DNA of 64,000 bases from Vitrella brassicaformis CCMP3155 (Eukaryota; Protista; Chromerida). The DNA is taken from assembly GCA_001179505.1 (NCBI GenBank), contig CDMY01000182.1, positions 112,301-176,300 on the forward strand, in the 5' to 3' direction. Positions within the stretch are counted from its first letter, which is position 1. Each line of letters opens with the position of its first letter. The position numbers and the translations under genes were made by a program. The notes under the pieces are model-generated. The model made no database searches and had not been told where the DNA came from. It was given only the letters and a program-made list of their open reading frames with translations. Positions 13,776 to 25,076 of the stretch are shown in pieces.

Positions 13776-14833
13776 CGGACGTTCTCTCTGCCCACCCCAC
13801 CCCCTCACCTGACCCTCTACCTCTCTCTCTCTCTGCTTCTTGCTTGCTTGGCTTCTTTACGTGATAATTGACTGACTGTGCGTGCCTGCCATACAATGGC
13901 GGCCGTCATAGTGTCCAGGCAGGCCGACGACAGACAGACAGACGTGGTCCGGAATAGATAGCGATGGGCCGGCCCTTTTTTGGCGTGTGTGTGTGAGCAG
14001 CAAAACAAGACGCACGAGTGAGTGAGTGTATTTTGACGCCGACACACGACACTGTCTTATCTATATACCTATCGCCCGAATAAAGAGCAGCATCGATCGA
14101 CGGCATGAAAGCCCTTATCCCGTCTTCTCTTCAGAGTGCCCTCTACACAATGTTTGAAAGTCAAGGCTACCTCTCTGTCTGACTTGGAGGGACATGAATT
14201 ACAATGTACTTCCACCCTCTGCCCCATTGGTGGTCCATCGGTGTCGACGCCATGATGATTTTCGTCAACTCGGTAAGCCGTGATTGTTATCGAATGACAG
14301 GTTGTCATTCTCGATGGCTGCAGGTCAAGCCTTCAATGGCAGACCCAACAATTGACAACGGACCCCCGCAGTGCTCGACAGGCGACTGCGTTTTCAGTTC
14401 TGACTTCTGACTTCGAGCCACTGCGATTAAGGAGACTAATGTGTGTGTGTGTGTGTGTTTGGTCCATGCATGCACGCAGTATCAGAAAATCGCTGACCAC
14501 ATGATGGCCAACGCCGCATCGGTGCCCAAGGAGACAATCGAAGAGCAGAGGTAAAGTGTGTCTCTTCAGTGAGCCAGGCAGGTCATTCAGGCACCCAGTC
14601 GTCGGAAGACATGTCTATGCTTAATGTTGGCGCCTCCAGCTTTGCATACACTCTGAACTCACCCACCCATGTATGTATGTGTATCTCAACGTCGAGGAGA
14701 CGTATGGGGGTGCTTGAGGCATCGCAATGACAGCAGGAGAGTGTGTGAAAGGAGGAACTCACTCAGCGCCTACTTCATATTCCCGTTGAATTGTTTGCTA
14801 CGTGCGACGCGTACGCTCATCCCATTGTTTTCA

Positions 14834-17801
14834 CTACTTCTCTGCTGCAGTCAGACAAGTTGCCACTTCTCTCAGCAGTCGCAGACTTTCTCTTAGCTGC
14901 ACAGAAGGAGCGTACCCGTTGGCATGTCGCCTAGTCAGTTTGATGAAGAATATGATTTGGTCTATGAGCTGCATGAGATGGAGCAATGGGTTCTTGAGGC
15001 TGACTTGTCAGACTGGCACATATATGGTTAACCAACCGTATGGCACCAGGTCCACATTGCCAAATGCCACAAGTATAATCCCACTCATCAGGCGCAGACA
15101 GATCGAGGTTAACACGGACGCACCGAGAAATTGGACTTTTCTACGCTCGTGTCTTCTTAAGAAGGGCCCAGGCCAAGAGACACAAGCGAGAGCCGAAACC
15201 ACACACAAATGCAGTCCGTATGTAATGTGACACGTCTGCGCGGTGAGCGCCCTGTCTGCTTCATTCATCAAAAGGCAGGACTGACGTAAGGACAGAGTAT
15301 CGATTCGATCTCCTCAAATCGCTGCTTGCTAGCGACACGCCCTGTATAACCCCTTACCAAGTAGAAGAAAAGAAAAAGAGTCATAGCTTGTGCAGTCCAC
15401 CATAGCACGACTATTCTCAGCCACATCACGCCCCTCTCGCGCTCGGCTCGTAAGACGGGTAAATTGTGCAGACGCACCAGCAGCTGTACAAGAGAGAGAG
15501 ACGAGGCTTGTCTACGGTGCATTCACCGGCTGTCTCAATGTCTCACGGACGGTAATCAGAATGGTCTCCATGAAGGCTTCAATCGTAATCAGCACGAGAA
15601 TACCCGCGCATTTCTCCAGAATGGGCATCGCAGAAGAAGACGGAGAGATGCTTACCTCCTTAGCAATGATCTCTAATATGTCAGCGAAGATCATCACCTG
15701 GACAGGTGGATGGACAAGACAGAGACAATGGATAAGTCATCATGGCCGGCCTCTTCGTTGGTTTCCTCTACCGTGGACTCCGTTAGCAGCGTGATCGACA
15801 CTTGGTCGGCAACGGCCCTCATGTATCGCGGCGAGATGCTCTGTGTGGCAAAAGCGACACTCATTGACACCTGTCGAAGCAGCCCGGAGTCGCCTCTGCT
15901 GAATGAAGCGCGACGGTCGGCCGATGTTTCCCCATGTCTCGCCTTCAATGCCGAAAGTCTTGCTCTTGCCCATCGCCTTGAGCCCACAAACATCAGAATG
16001 CCTAAAAGACGGAGCGCGTCCAAACATGTGCACAAGGTATCCATCCTTACGGTACGGTTGCATCGTGTCCGTGACAAAGTCATACCTGCATTCGAGAATT
16101 GGCATGCTAACATGACAGAAAAGTATCGCACTGGCTCCATTTGTTGACTTACATTGCGAAGAGAAAGGAATTAAGCGCCTTACTCGATAGCCTCTCCATC
16201 TTGGCTTGCATCAATCTTGCATCAGACTTGCGGGCACGCAATGAAATAATCGATGTGGTTCAAGGTCCATTATCAAGTCACCTTGGAACAATTAAGTAGG
16301 AAAACGTGATGTAATTGAGTAGCAGTGACGGCGTCAAGGGGTGACCTTGCTGAAGCAGCCACAAGGAGAATGTCACAGCTCACATGGGTATATTGAGCAG
16401 AGCGTCGTTAGATGTGCGTGTGCTTTCTCTTGCCTTGACTGAGCGGCAAACATAGCTTGCCAAACTCATGAATGGAGCGCCAGTGATCATTGCCACTATC
16501 ACTATCCTTCCACGCTCGCTGTCGCTTGTCGCTACGGCCCCGCGAGGAAGGAACACAGTAATCGCGAGAAACACCCACACCTGGAAGAGAGTCAAAGAGT
16601 GGGGCCAATTGAATCGTTCACATTCACACAGAGGCTTTATCAACAAGTAAAGACACACCTGGAAGAGGCATCTGGGAAGGAAACAGTGGACAATACACTG
16701 TGAGACACGTATTGATCATCGTATTGGTGCGATTATTGCCTACATCAGAGTCATCTGGGTCGCATACTCCTTTTTTCTTGCGAAGTGCTCTGTCTGAGCT
16801 GCGCGATAAAGCACCAGGGCGCGATACAAATGGTTAATGCCCAATGCAATACAGCGATCATACGCCTCCATTTTTGGGGCCAGCCTTGAAAATGGGAAAC
16901 GCTGAGTAGAACGCAGCATATCAACATAGGACCGAAAATGGGTAAGGTCCGGCGCATGCGAATCAGGCTGCGTCGCAGACAAGGGCCCTCGATCAGCAGG
17001 GAGAAAACCACGGGAAAGCTGAGGATTGTCAACACTCGCCTGGCAATATCGAGCAGTATCCAGCTTCGATTCCATGAGTCTCTCGACTGGACGCATCCAA
17101 AATAGAGGCCGACTCCGAGAGCTGACAATAATCCCGCGACGATAAAGGCAATTGTGACTTGACGGAGCACGCTCCATCCCGCACGCCGCAGTGTGATCGA
17201 GAGGGCTTCTGGAGTGTATCTCGCGACAACGACCTCCTCTGTTGTCCCGTCATGCCTTCTGATGGGGCGGTATTCAAGGGTGCTGTCGAACTCCTCGTGC
17301 GCCGCAAAGTCAGCCACAGTCCGAAACTCACGCACCGACTCTGTTATCTCTCTCTGGGCAAATCAGAAGACAAAAAATACTGCATGCCTTCTGCGTCTGT
17401 GTGAGTTTGTGTTTGTGTTTGGGTGTGTGTCTTACCTCCTCCTTCCGAAGTGCCTTAGCTTGCCCTCGAGCTTGCCCGCCCTCTGCCAAATTGATGTCCT
17501 CACAGCTGCGCTGCCAGCCCATTTTGGTGTCCTCAGCAGCCCCAGGCTGACCCTCACTAATCGCGATGGTGGCCGTCCTGTCCGTTGCTGTCCCGGTATC
17601 GCACACATGATCCTCTCCTCCTCTCGGGAGGTCCCGATCACCGTTCAATGACATCATTGGTGGCTTGGGGGAGAACCATGTTAGAGTGAGGCTTCTGATG
17701 CGTGATGCGCCCTCGGTCCGGGACATCCGCCTTTCCTTCAAGTTGTCTTGAGTTGCCTGGGGGCCCCCACCCTGTGGACCGGCGATCGCGCGGAGACGCA
17801 T
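14834..17801 (-). pseudogene. Multi-pass membrane protein family, copy A (frameshift and premature stops)
   Basis: EFRTVADFAAHEEFDSTLEYRPI…, FLPRGAVATS…, ISPRYMRAVADQ and LLVRLHNLPVL align with copy C. Frameshift/stops near 16740-16790 and an in-frame TGA at 15008. Start uncertain. Confidence 0.6.
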
Positions 17802-18390
17802 GATGGCTACGATGTCAGCGACAGAAAGGTCCGTTGTTTGTCCTCTCTCACCCACCGGCGGGATAGTACGGGTTTCTCAAGTGAACGGCGATGATGAGCC
17901 AGATCTCGATGTCACCAGCATCTCATCCGATCGGCAAGCCACAGACTCACTGGATGAAGGCAAGAGGACAGTCGATGGCGAGCACCTCGTGCAGAACGAC
18001 CACTGGCATCAGACCGACACTGCGCAGCCCGTCGATTGCGCCACGCACCTTGTCAATATCCAAGGTGATGAAGGACACGGCGCTGAGCACCGAGCCATCT
18101 ACCGGACAGCACTCTCATCGACAAGCACCGCCTTGACGCTGGCAGAGACGCTCACTGGCCCGCAGAAGAAGAAGCAAACGCACAGTCATCCCCCTGAGGA
18201 GCTTATGAATGGTGACGAACGAGACACGGAGGGAGATGTTGGCTTAAGGGATTCAGGCTCTGGCAGTCAGCTGCACTGCGAGGAGCGTGCGACAGCAGAG
18301 TTTATGTATGAAGAACATCCAACTACGCTAGAGTACAAGGCGATATCCCTACCCGACGGCAGCACAACAGAGGTCCTTGTCGGCAACGGT
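17800..18390 (+). pseudogene. Multi-pass membrane protein family, copy B, truncated by the AT-rich viral insert
   Basis: N-terminus VVCPLSPTGGIVRV matches copy C (TVCPLSPVRGTVRL). EFMYEEHPTTLEYKAISLPDGSTTEVLVG matches copies A/C; homology stops abruptly at ~18390. Confidence 0.7.
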
Positions 18391-18391
18391 A

Positions 18392-18755
18392 TGTTCCACC
18401 TCCACAGCAACCACCACCACCTCCTCCCCCACCACAAATTCCTCCCGCTAATGGAGGTTTGCCTGAACCATTAGAAGAACCGCCTTATGAACCGCAACCT
18501 AAACCAATTGAACCGCCACCTCCTGCATTACCCGAACCAGCACCCGAACCACCAACTAATTTTCTACCCGATTATCAACCAGAACCTGAAACAGGGGCAA
18601 GACAAATAGCACCACCTGCACCGGAGCCACTACCTGACATTCCACCCGAATGGAACCCTCCTGCAGCAGCCTATTAGCCACCAACAACACACAGGACAAC
18701 AAAAGCCCCAAGAGTAGGTGAGAATATACAACCACTACTACAAATTCCACGTTAA
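18392..18755 (+). pseudogene. Proline-rich viral ORF, 3' part, with in-frame TAG at 18675-18677
   Basis: VPPPQQPPPPPPPPQIPPANGGLPEPLEEPP…PPAAAY*PPTTHRTTKAPRVGENIQPLLQIPR*; the frame continues past the TAG to TAA 18753-18755. Confidence 0.55.
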
Positions 18756-18777
18756 TTTATTCTATTACCGCATCTGT

Positions 18778-19010
18778 AAAAAGAGTTTCAACTTTAATAA
18801 GAAGTATTTATGATTTTGCCTGTGTGCTTCGCCAATGTGGCCATGCCAGTCTTGCAATTCTTCACGAAGAGGTATTTAATGATGGCAAAAAAAATTCAGA
18901 ATTTTATCAATATTTTGATAATGCTACCAATAACTATGGCTTTATTTCAGTGAATGCACGAAGTCCTAACACAGAAATAAAGGAAAATTACTGTGATTAT
19001 AAATCCTTTG
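18778..19010 (+). pseudogene. Packaging ATPase C-terminal half, lying on the opposite strand (inverted segment)
   Basis: KRVSTLIRSIYDFACVLRQCGHASLAILHEEVFNDGKKNSEFYQYFDNATNNYGFISVNARSPNTEIKENYCDYKSF resembles the A32 C-terminal pattern (IR.N.DY…EE.F…F..AT.NYGF…YK). Confidence 0.75.
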
Positions 19011-19426
19011 ACAGACTGACTTATCTGAATAATACTCACATTCATGTGTCCAACAATAGTAAGTAATCTCTCAAATTCCTTACTTCTCGTATCATCCATC
19101 GTAGCAATACTATCATCAAGTATTAAAAGCACTCGTCTTCGCTTTTTTGTCTTTTCTTGATGCTCTGCTAACGCTTTTATCTGCTCTTCTGTTATTTTGG
19201 TTAAAATTTTATGACGTTTTGCACCATTCTTCAACCAGAGTTCCGGCTGAACTGTCACTATAAGCTCATCGTCAAACTTATTTCTATCCCGCAAATACCG
19301 ATATAATGATAATGCAATTAGGGTTTTTCCGGTATTTATGCGTCCCGTAATTAATAATATCCAACACTTCTTCTCGTTCGCTATCTTATTGAATAGCTCT
19401 CGGTAGTTTTGTATTTTTTCGTGCAT
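19011..19426 (-). pseudogene. A32/FtsK-HerA-family viral DNA packaging ATPase, N-terminal half
   Basis: Walker A GRINTGKT, Walker B VLLILDD, and the family motif H.N.S.I.I.Q (GHMNVSIIQISQ). Confidence 0.85.
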
Positions 19427-19451
19427 CTCATTAATATTATATATATAAGTG

Positions 19452-19637
19452 CTACTTTTTCTTCGGTTTCATTTTTGTATTCACTACTCGTTCAATCCGC
19501 CGAGCCACCTGCTCCGCATTTTTTACTTTGGCATTTTTTAGACGCTTCAAAAAAAAATGATATAATATCTTTCCATCATTATTATCCTTGTTTGTATTTT
19601 TGTTTTTTTTCAGTCGTTGAAGCAAATTATTAAGCAT
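19452..19637 (-). CDS. Small Lys/Asn-rich basic ORF in the viral insert
   Basis: 61 aa ORF MLNNLLQRLKKNK…MKPKKK, same strand as and 25 bp upstream of the ATPase. Confidence 0.4.
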   Translation of the reverse strand: MLNNLLQRLKKNKNTNKDNNDGKILYHFFLKRLKNAKVKNAEQVARRIERVVNTKMKPKKK

Positions 19638-20304
19638 GATATAGAATTAATTAAATACTTATATGGTAAAATTCAAAAGAGCAACAGAAATTTTTTAATT
19701 GACTTGAACAAAGTATTTAAAATTCAACGCTGTGCACCGTGACGTGACAATATATGACAGTTTCCACCTGCCCTACCACCATCTGTTCATTTTCTTGCCA
19801 TTCACCATCTGTTCATTGCTCATTGCCTTTCCATTTCTTTTTCTCAGTTGTCACGGGTACATTTTTCATCTCGTGGCAGTCGTCTTTTAATTGTCAATCA
19901 TCTCTTGCTGCTTTTTCTTTCTTTTGAGGCACAGGCAATTGTTCCCTTTCTCCTCGAGCCACGCTTGTTAACACTAAACCCCGTCCACTCTCCCTGTGAG
20001 AGTTGACCGTTAGCAGCTTCAGCCGTTCTTTTATTTGGCTCGTACAGTAAATTCCGTATACCATCCTTTGGTGAGGTGTGAACCTCTGCGGTGTGTGACA
20101 GTGGATCACCACGCTTTCCACTGAACTATGGTGGCAGGTGTGCAATTGCGGGTCTGCTCAATATGGAGGAGGTGGTAAATCACTTACTGAGCTCGCATCG
20201 TCTTTTCAGCGGGTCTCTTGTCGTTTGTGACGTCGCATCTGCCAGTTTCGCTTGTCAGTTGAGTTCCAGTCAACGTTTCCTCTGTTTTCATCCATTGACA
20301 AGCG

Positions 20305-21014
20305 ATGGCGTGGACGACACAGACCCAGTTGCCCTTCTACATCCTGATTTTGGGCGTTCACGCCGTTGTGGTGCATCCGCTGTATCACAGCAAGGTTATT
20401 GACCGCAACAGCAATGACCCCTTCCCGCACAGCTAGTGGGTAGAGGAGATCAATGACATCATTGCGGCCGCTGTGCAAAAGGTGCCTCGCAAGGCGTTGG
20501 CGGAGCAGTTGGCGGAGGGAAGCAGCAGCAGCAACAGCAAGAAGAAACGACCAAGTGTGAACCTCGCCGACTAAGACCACACATGTCGGACCCACGGGTG
20601 CAGCAACAAAGTGGGGTCGGGTCGGTGCAAGGCGTGCCACTGCTGTCACAAGGCGGTGTGCAAGACGCGCGGAAATGCCCACCTCTACCACGGCAACGAG
20701 GTGGTGCAGATGGTTTTGAACAAGATGAAAACGATGGGCATGATGACCGAGGGCAACTTTGTGTGCCTCAACTGCGTCAAGGTCAAGCTCATTCAGGTGC
20801 GTTCGTATGTATCTGTGTGTGCATTCGTGCCCTCTGTACGTACACGTGTGTGTGTGCGCGTGTGTCTGTGTGTCAGGAGTTGCAGACTATCAGTGCGTCC
20901 AACGCCACCAAGGACCTGTGCGAGAACAAGACGATGCAGCAGTTGATGCAGGAGTACTACAATGAGGACAACAACGGAGCTGCCCTCATGCAGGCGTTAT
21001 TTAGTGTGTGGTAG
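20305..21014 (+). pseudogene. Cys/His-rich putative Zn-binding protein, two in-frame stops
   Basis: One frame from ATG 20305 has TAG 20434 and TAA 20572, then C-x4-C…C-x2-CHCC-x3-C…C-x2-C, one intron, and ends …ALFSVW*. Confidence 0.45.
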
Positions 21015-21865
21015 TGTACAGGAGGGGGAGAGAGGATCGTGTGTCGGTCGCTCGGTCGGTCGGTCATTCGCTCTGTATGCGTGCTTGATCGCCTGCCTTT
21101 ATCTACGGACGTATGTCTATACAAACGCCTGTTTGCGGGCGTGGTATTGCTTGCGTGTGTTGATAAATGGTAGGGAGGGATGCGTCGTATCGCTTGCGTG
21201 CGTGTGTTGATAAACGTGGGAAGGGACACGCCAGACACACACAGAGGGGGAGGGCATCTAAACGCACACACACAGGGAACGGGCACCCACACACCACTGA
21301 CTTTTCGCGTCGCCGCTGTGCCATTTGCGTTGAATGAGGGAGGAGGGATGACTAAGCACTTGCTTTTCCATACGGACCGAGGAAAAAGACAAAGAATAAA
21401 TGAAAAACGTTTGCTTTTCGGATGTGTCGAGAATTGCGACAAGAAGCGGTCAAGGTACACTTTGCTGTATATACAACAAAAGCTTGTATGACACATGCAT
21501 TCATGTGCAGACATAAACATGCATGTATGTGACAGTCTTGCCTTCCTACTTCAGGCACTTCAAGCAACACGGGCTTTTGAGGTTGTCACATTGTTATGCA
21601 CCAACTCAGCCCGCTGAGGCCACACGATGCTAGCGACGTCTGCGACAGCCTGCACGCTGTGCATGAAAGTAGCTGTGAATGCTTCTGCCTTTTGAAGTGA
21701 CTGCAGCGACCCAGCCACCTCCAACATCGAGGCAGACTGCAGTGGAGTCTCTCAGCAGCAGTCAGCTTGCTCTCCGCAATCAACATGGTCATAGACCAGC
21801 CCGCATGCATGGAAGGGGAATCGTGCCCCCAAATATCTTGGGGCCAGAACTTCCACCCAACTCGA

Positions 21866-24543
21866 GGATGTCCAAGAATACTGTTTGTCCTCTCTCACCC
21901 GTGCGGGGTACTGTGAGACTTTGCCAATGAGATGGCGATGGACCCTGCGATGATGTGTCTGATGTGAGCAGCAACTCGGCCCAGCCCAGCCTTGGAAACA
22001 ATGGACGAACGACAGAATGATAATGAGGACAAGGGGGCAGCTGATGGCGACCACATCATGATCAACGCACACGTGGGGGCGACCGTGGGATTCTTTCAAA
22101 AGGATGGCGATGAAGCATGCGGTGATGTGTCTGATGTGAGCAGCAACTCGGCCCAGCCCAGCCTTGGAAACAATTTGCTGAACGAACGACAGAATGACAA
22201 TGAGGACAAGGGGGCAGCTGATGGCGACCACATCATGATCAACGCACACGTGGGGGGGACCGTGAGATTCTTTCAAGAGGATGGCGATGAAGCATGCAGT
22301 AATGTGTCTGATGTGAGCAGCAACTCGGCCCAGCCCAGCCTTGGAACCAATCTGCTGGACGACCAGCAGAATGACAATAAGGACAAGGGGGCAGCTGATG
22401 GCGACCACATCATGATCAGCGCACACGTGCGGGGGACTGTGAGACTCCTTCCACGGGATGGCGATGGACCATGCGGTAATGTGTCTGATGTGAACAGCAA
22501 CTCGTCCCAGCCGAGGCTTGCAACCAATTTGATGGAAGACAAAGAGAATGACAATAAGGACAAGGGGACAGCTGATAGCGACCACATCAAGATCACAGCG
22601 TACAAGCATGAGGACGAAGGACGACGAGCGTCAATCAGCTCAATCACAGCCGCCGCAACGACAGGGCAGACGAGCTTTGCAGTCAACGACAGCAACAAGG
22701 CGGACGAAAAGCGAGAAGATACAGAAGAGGGCCGTGTGTTACGTCGCGAGAAGCGGGCGAGCGCTGCATTGATTCGTGAGTTCCGTGAGGCGGCTGGCTA
22801 CAACGCTGCTTACGAGGAGTTTCCCACGACGCTCGAGTACAAGGCGTTGCAATCTGATGACAGCAAACGAGAGGTCCTGATGGGTGCATATTTCAGCCCT
22901 GAACCAGTTTTAGTGACTGTCAGGCGAGCCATGAAAGTCGTTGTGCTGCAGGTTGCGATGGCGCTCGCTCTTACGGCCGTTATCATAAGTTACGCCCCCG
23001 CCCTGTGGCACACGTGTCAATCAAGCGTATTTGGTCCCGCATTCGACATCATTCGTCGTACTGTGAGGGTTTTCCTGTTTGTGATGGTCCTCTTGCAAAC
23101 TACTGATGGACATCATTTACAGAAGATCATCTCTCGGCTGAAGAAATCCTGGCTCATCCTTGCTGTCCCACTAGTGCTGAATATTGTGATCGCTGTCGCT
23201 TATTGGAGACACTGGAATTGTCAATGGAGAACACATCTTATCGGTCCTTTGCTGTGGTGCTGCTTACTCTTATGCCCATACTTGTATTTCCGTCATGCTG
23301 GTGGATCGCTGGGTATCAAGCGTAAACGGCTGTATGCGATCAAACTCGGCGCGGCATGCACGTTGGGTGTTCTTTTGGACGCGGTCTCATTTCAGCTGTT
23401 CTTTCCCCGTGCAGCCACTACATACACCGACGGGAGCAAAAGTCAGCTGGCGCTCGTATTCGTAGCGATCGGGTGGTCAATTTCCTCGCTGGTCAACAAA
23501 CTTATCAGATCAATCCGAGTACATACAGCTATAGCCCAGCTAGAAAACAAAATGAGTATCATGATTAGATATGCATATGTGCGTATACTTGTTTGGTTGC
23601 ATAGGAAGGGCCGCCAACATTCAATGTTCAGCCGACAGCTATCATGGCGATACCCAATGTAATAGCTCCTCGACTCCTCCAATCCAAGATGGCTACTTTT
23701 AGCACCAAACTCTTATACTCCATCTTGATCTCACTGTAGGTTGGCTATGGAGAAAAAAGATTCTAAGACAACTGCTAATGCCTTCTTTCTTTCTTACTTT
23801 TTCATGCTTTCAGGTTAGATAAACCCCTTCATTACCGACATCTTACTGCCATACTGTGCGTCAGTTAGATACAGACGACTGGATTCCTTGAGTGCTTGCA
23901 TTCTACCTGTTCCCCTCTGCATGCAGGGATACTGTTCTATATTGCCGCTAGAAGATTTTTCAAGGGCGGCTGCTGCACTAAAATCAAGTCCGCGTCACAA
24001 GAGAGAAAGCGATCTTTGGTGAGTGACAATATGGCTTTTGGAGACAATGTTCAATCCATTCGGCTATCTGCAGATGAAGACAACGAGGCGGTAACACATC
24101 AACACAGCGGCGCGGTGAGCAGTAATCTCCAGCGGCAGAATACCACCATGACAGCCAGCCTTTCTTTTATCGGCACAAAACCAGCGTCTTCATCTTACAC
24201 CGTCAACCTGCAGTCGGCTCTCGCACCTCTGGAAGTCTCCCCTCGGTACTTGAGAGCTTTGGCAGACCAGATTCACATCTGGTCATTTACTGAAATTATG
24301 GCCCTTCTATTTACACACCTGATGATGCTAATTACCAAGTACATGCACAATGGTGCTTCGTCTATCAGCGTTATGCAGGACATTGCAGGCCTACTTCTGT
24401 TGGTCAGCATGGAATGTGCCTTTGAGGTGATGCTTTTACTTGTGCTGGTCCGCCAGAACAATCTCCCGATGCTATCATCTGCTTACGAGAAGGGTGTGCT
24501 GCGCTGCAGCTTTTTGGTGCAAGCATGTATAGCAATCGCCTAG
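21866..24543 (+). pseudogene. Multi-pass membrane protein family, copy C (long ORF 22001-23662 plus downstream part to 24543)
   Basis: 556 aa ORF with several hydrophobic helices and AYEEFPTTLEYKAL. Upstream MSKNTVCPLSP start is cut by TGA 21928 and a 5 nt deletion. The C-terminal part (VSPRYLRALADQ…LVRQNNLPML) is separated by a degenerate stretch. Confidence 0.6.
21900..22600 (+). repeat. ~180 bp (60 aa) coding tandem repeat, nearly four units
   Basis: Unit DGDEACGDVSDVSSNSAQPSLGNNLLNERQNDNEDKGAADGDHIMINAHVGGTVRFFQE repeated with divergence. Confidence 0.9.
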
Positions 24544-25076
24544 TAAGCGATGATTGATTACGATTTTGCTCTTGGTGTCTATCGATTACCCTGTCTGTCT
24601 GTCTGTCTGTTTGCAGCATATCGAATTCACACCCATACACTTGGGTGCTCATGCTTCGTACGACGGACCCTGACAAATGGGGCGATACTACTCCTTTAGA
24701 TATCTGCCCCAACCATTCCAACGTATTTGTTTTCTAGGGAGATACCAGCATTGTGTACTCGCCGCGAAAAAGCATGTATCTATAGAAGTGCAAAGCTGGA
24801 ATCTCTTAATGTCGGGGGGGTTTGTGTGGTGTGGGAAGGGCGTGCTGACTTTTTGAAGCGACAATAAGCCCTTGCTTTACATAGAGGAAGAGGGACAGGT
24901 GGAGGTCAGACAAAGTGTGTTTGCTTAATGGATGGACAAGCTTCAATTGAATACACAAGACGTACATATATATATAGAGTCTATACACTAAATCAAGGGT
25001 TAAACCCATATAGGGTTGAAACCCTTCAACCCCATCAGACCCATTCACAGGGTTTAGTGTAAGGAATCCCTTGCAT

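Larger units (their letters stand above)
18390..19729. mobile_element. Endogenous viral fragment (Polinton-like virus/virophage/NCLDV type), AT-rich, intronless
   Basis: Abrupt compositional shift, A/T-ending codons, no microsatellites, tightly packed ORFs including an A32-like packaging ATPase. No terminal inverted repeats seen. Confidence 0.8.

Noticed and set aside
14040-14545. Short ORFs such as MYFHPLPHWWSIGVDAMM
   Set aside because: Multiple stops and no supportable homology; at most decayed family debris.
18384-19729. caacg at both insert edges (18384-18388, 19725-19729) as a target-site duplication
   Set aside because: Only 5 bp, no terminal inverted repeats, and sequence right of the insert does not resume the TM-family alignment; may be chance.
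15008-21930. RIP-like or targeted C-to-T mutagenesis suggested by stops at 15008, 18675, 20434, 20572 and 21928
   Set aside because: Nonsense codons arise mostly by such transitions anyway; no paralog-based mutation spectrum could be computed.
21752-22609. 285 aa minus-strand repeat ORF; CRISPR-like periodicity
   Set aside because: Antisense shadow of a 180 bp coding repeat; no short repeat/unique spacer structure and no cas genes.
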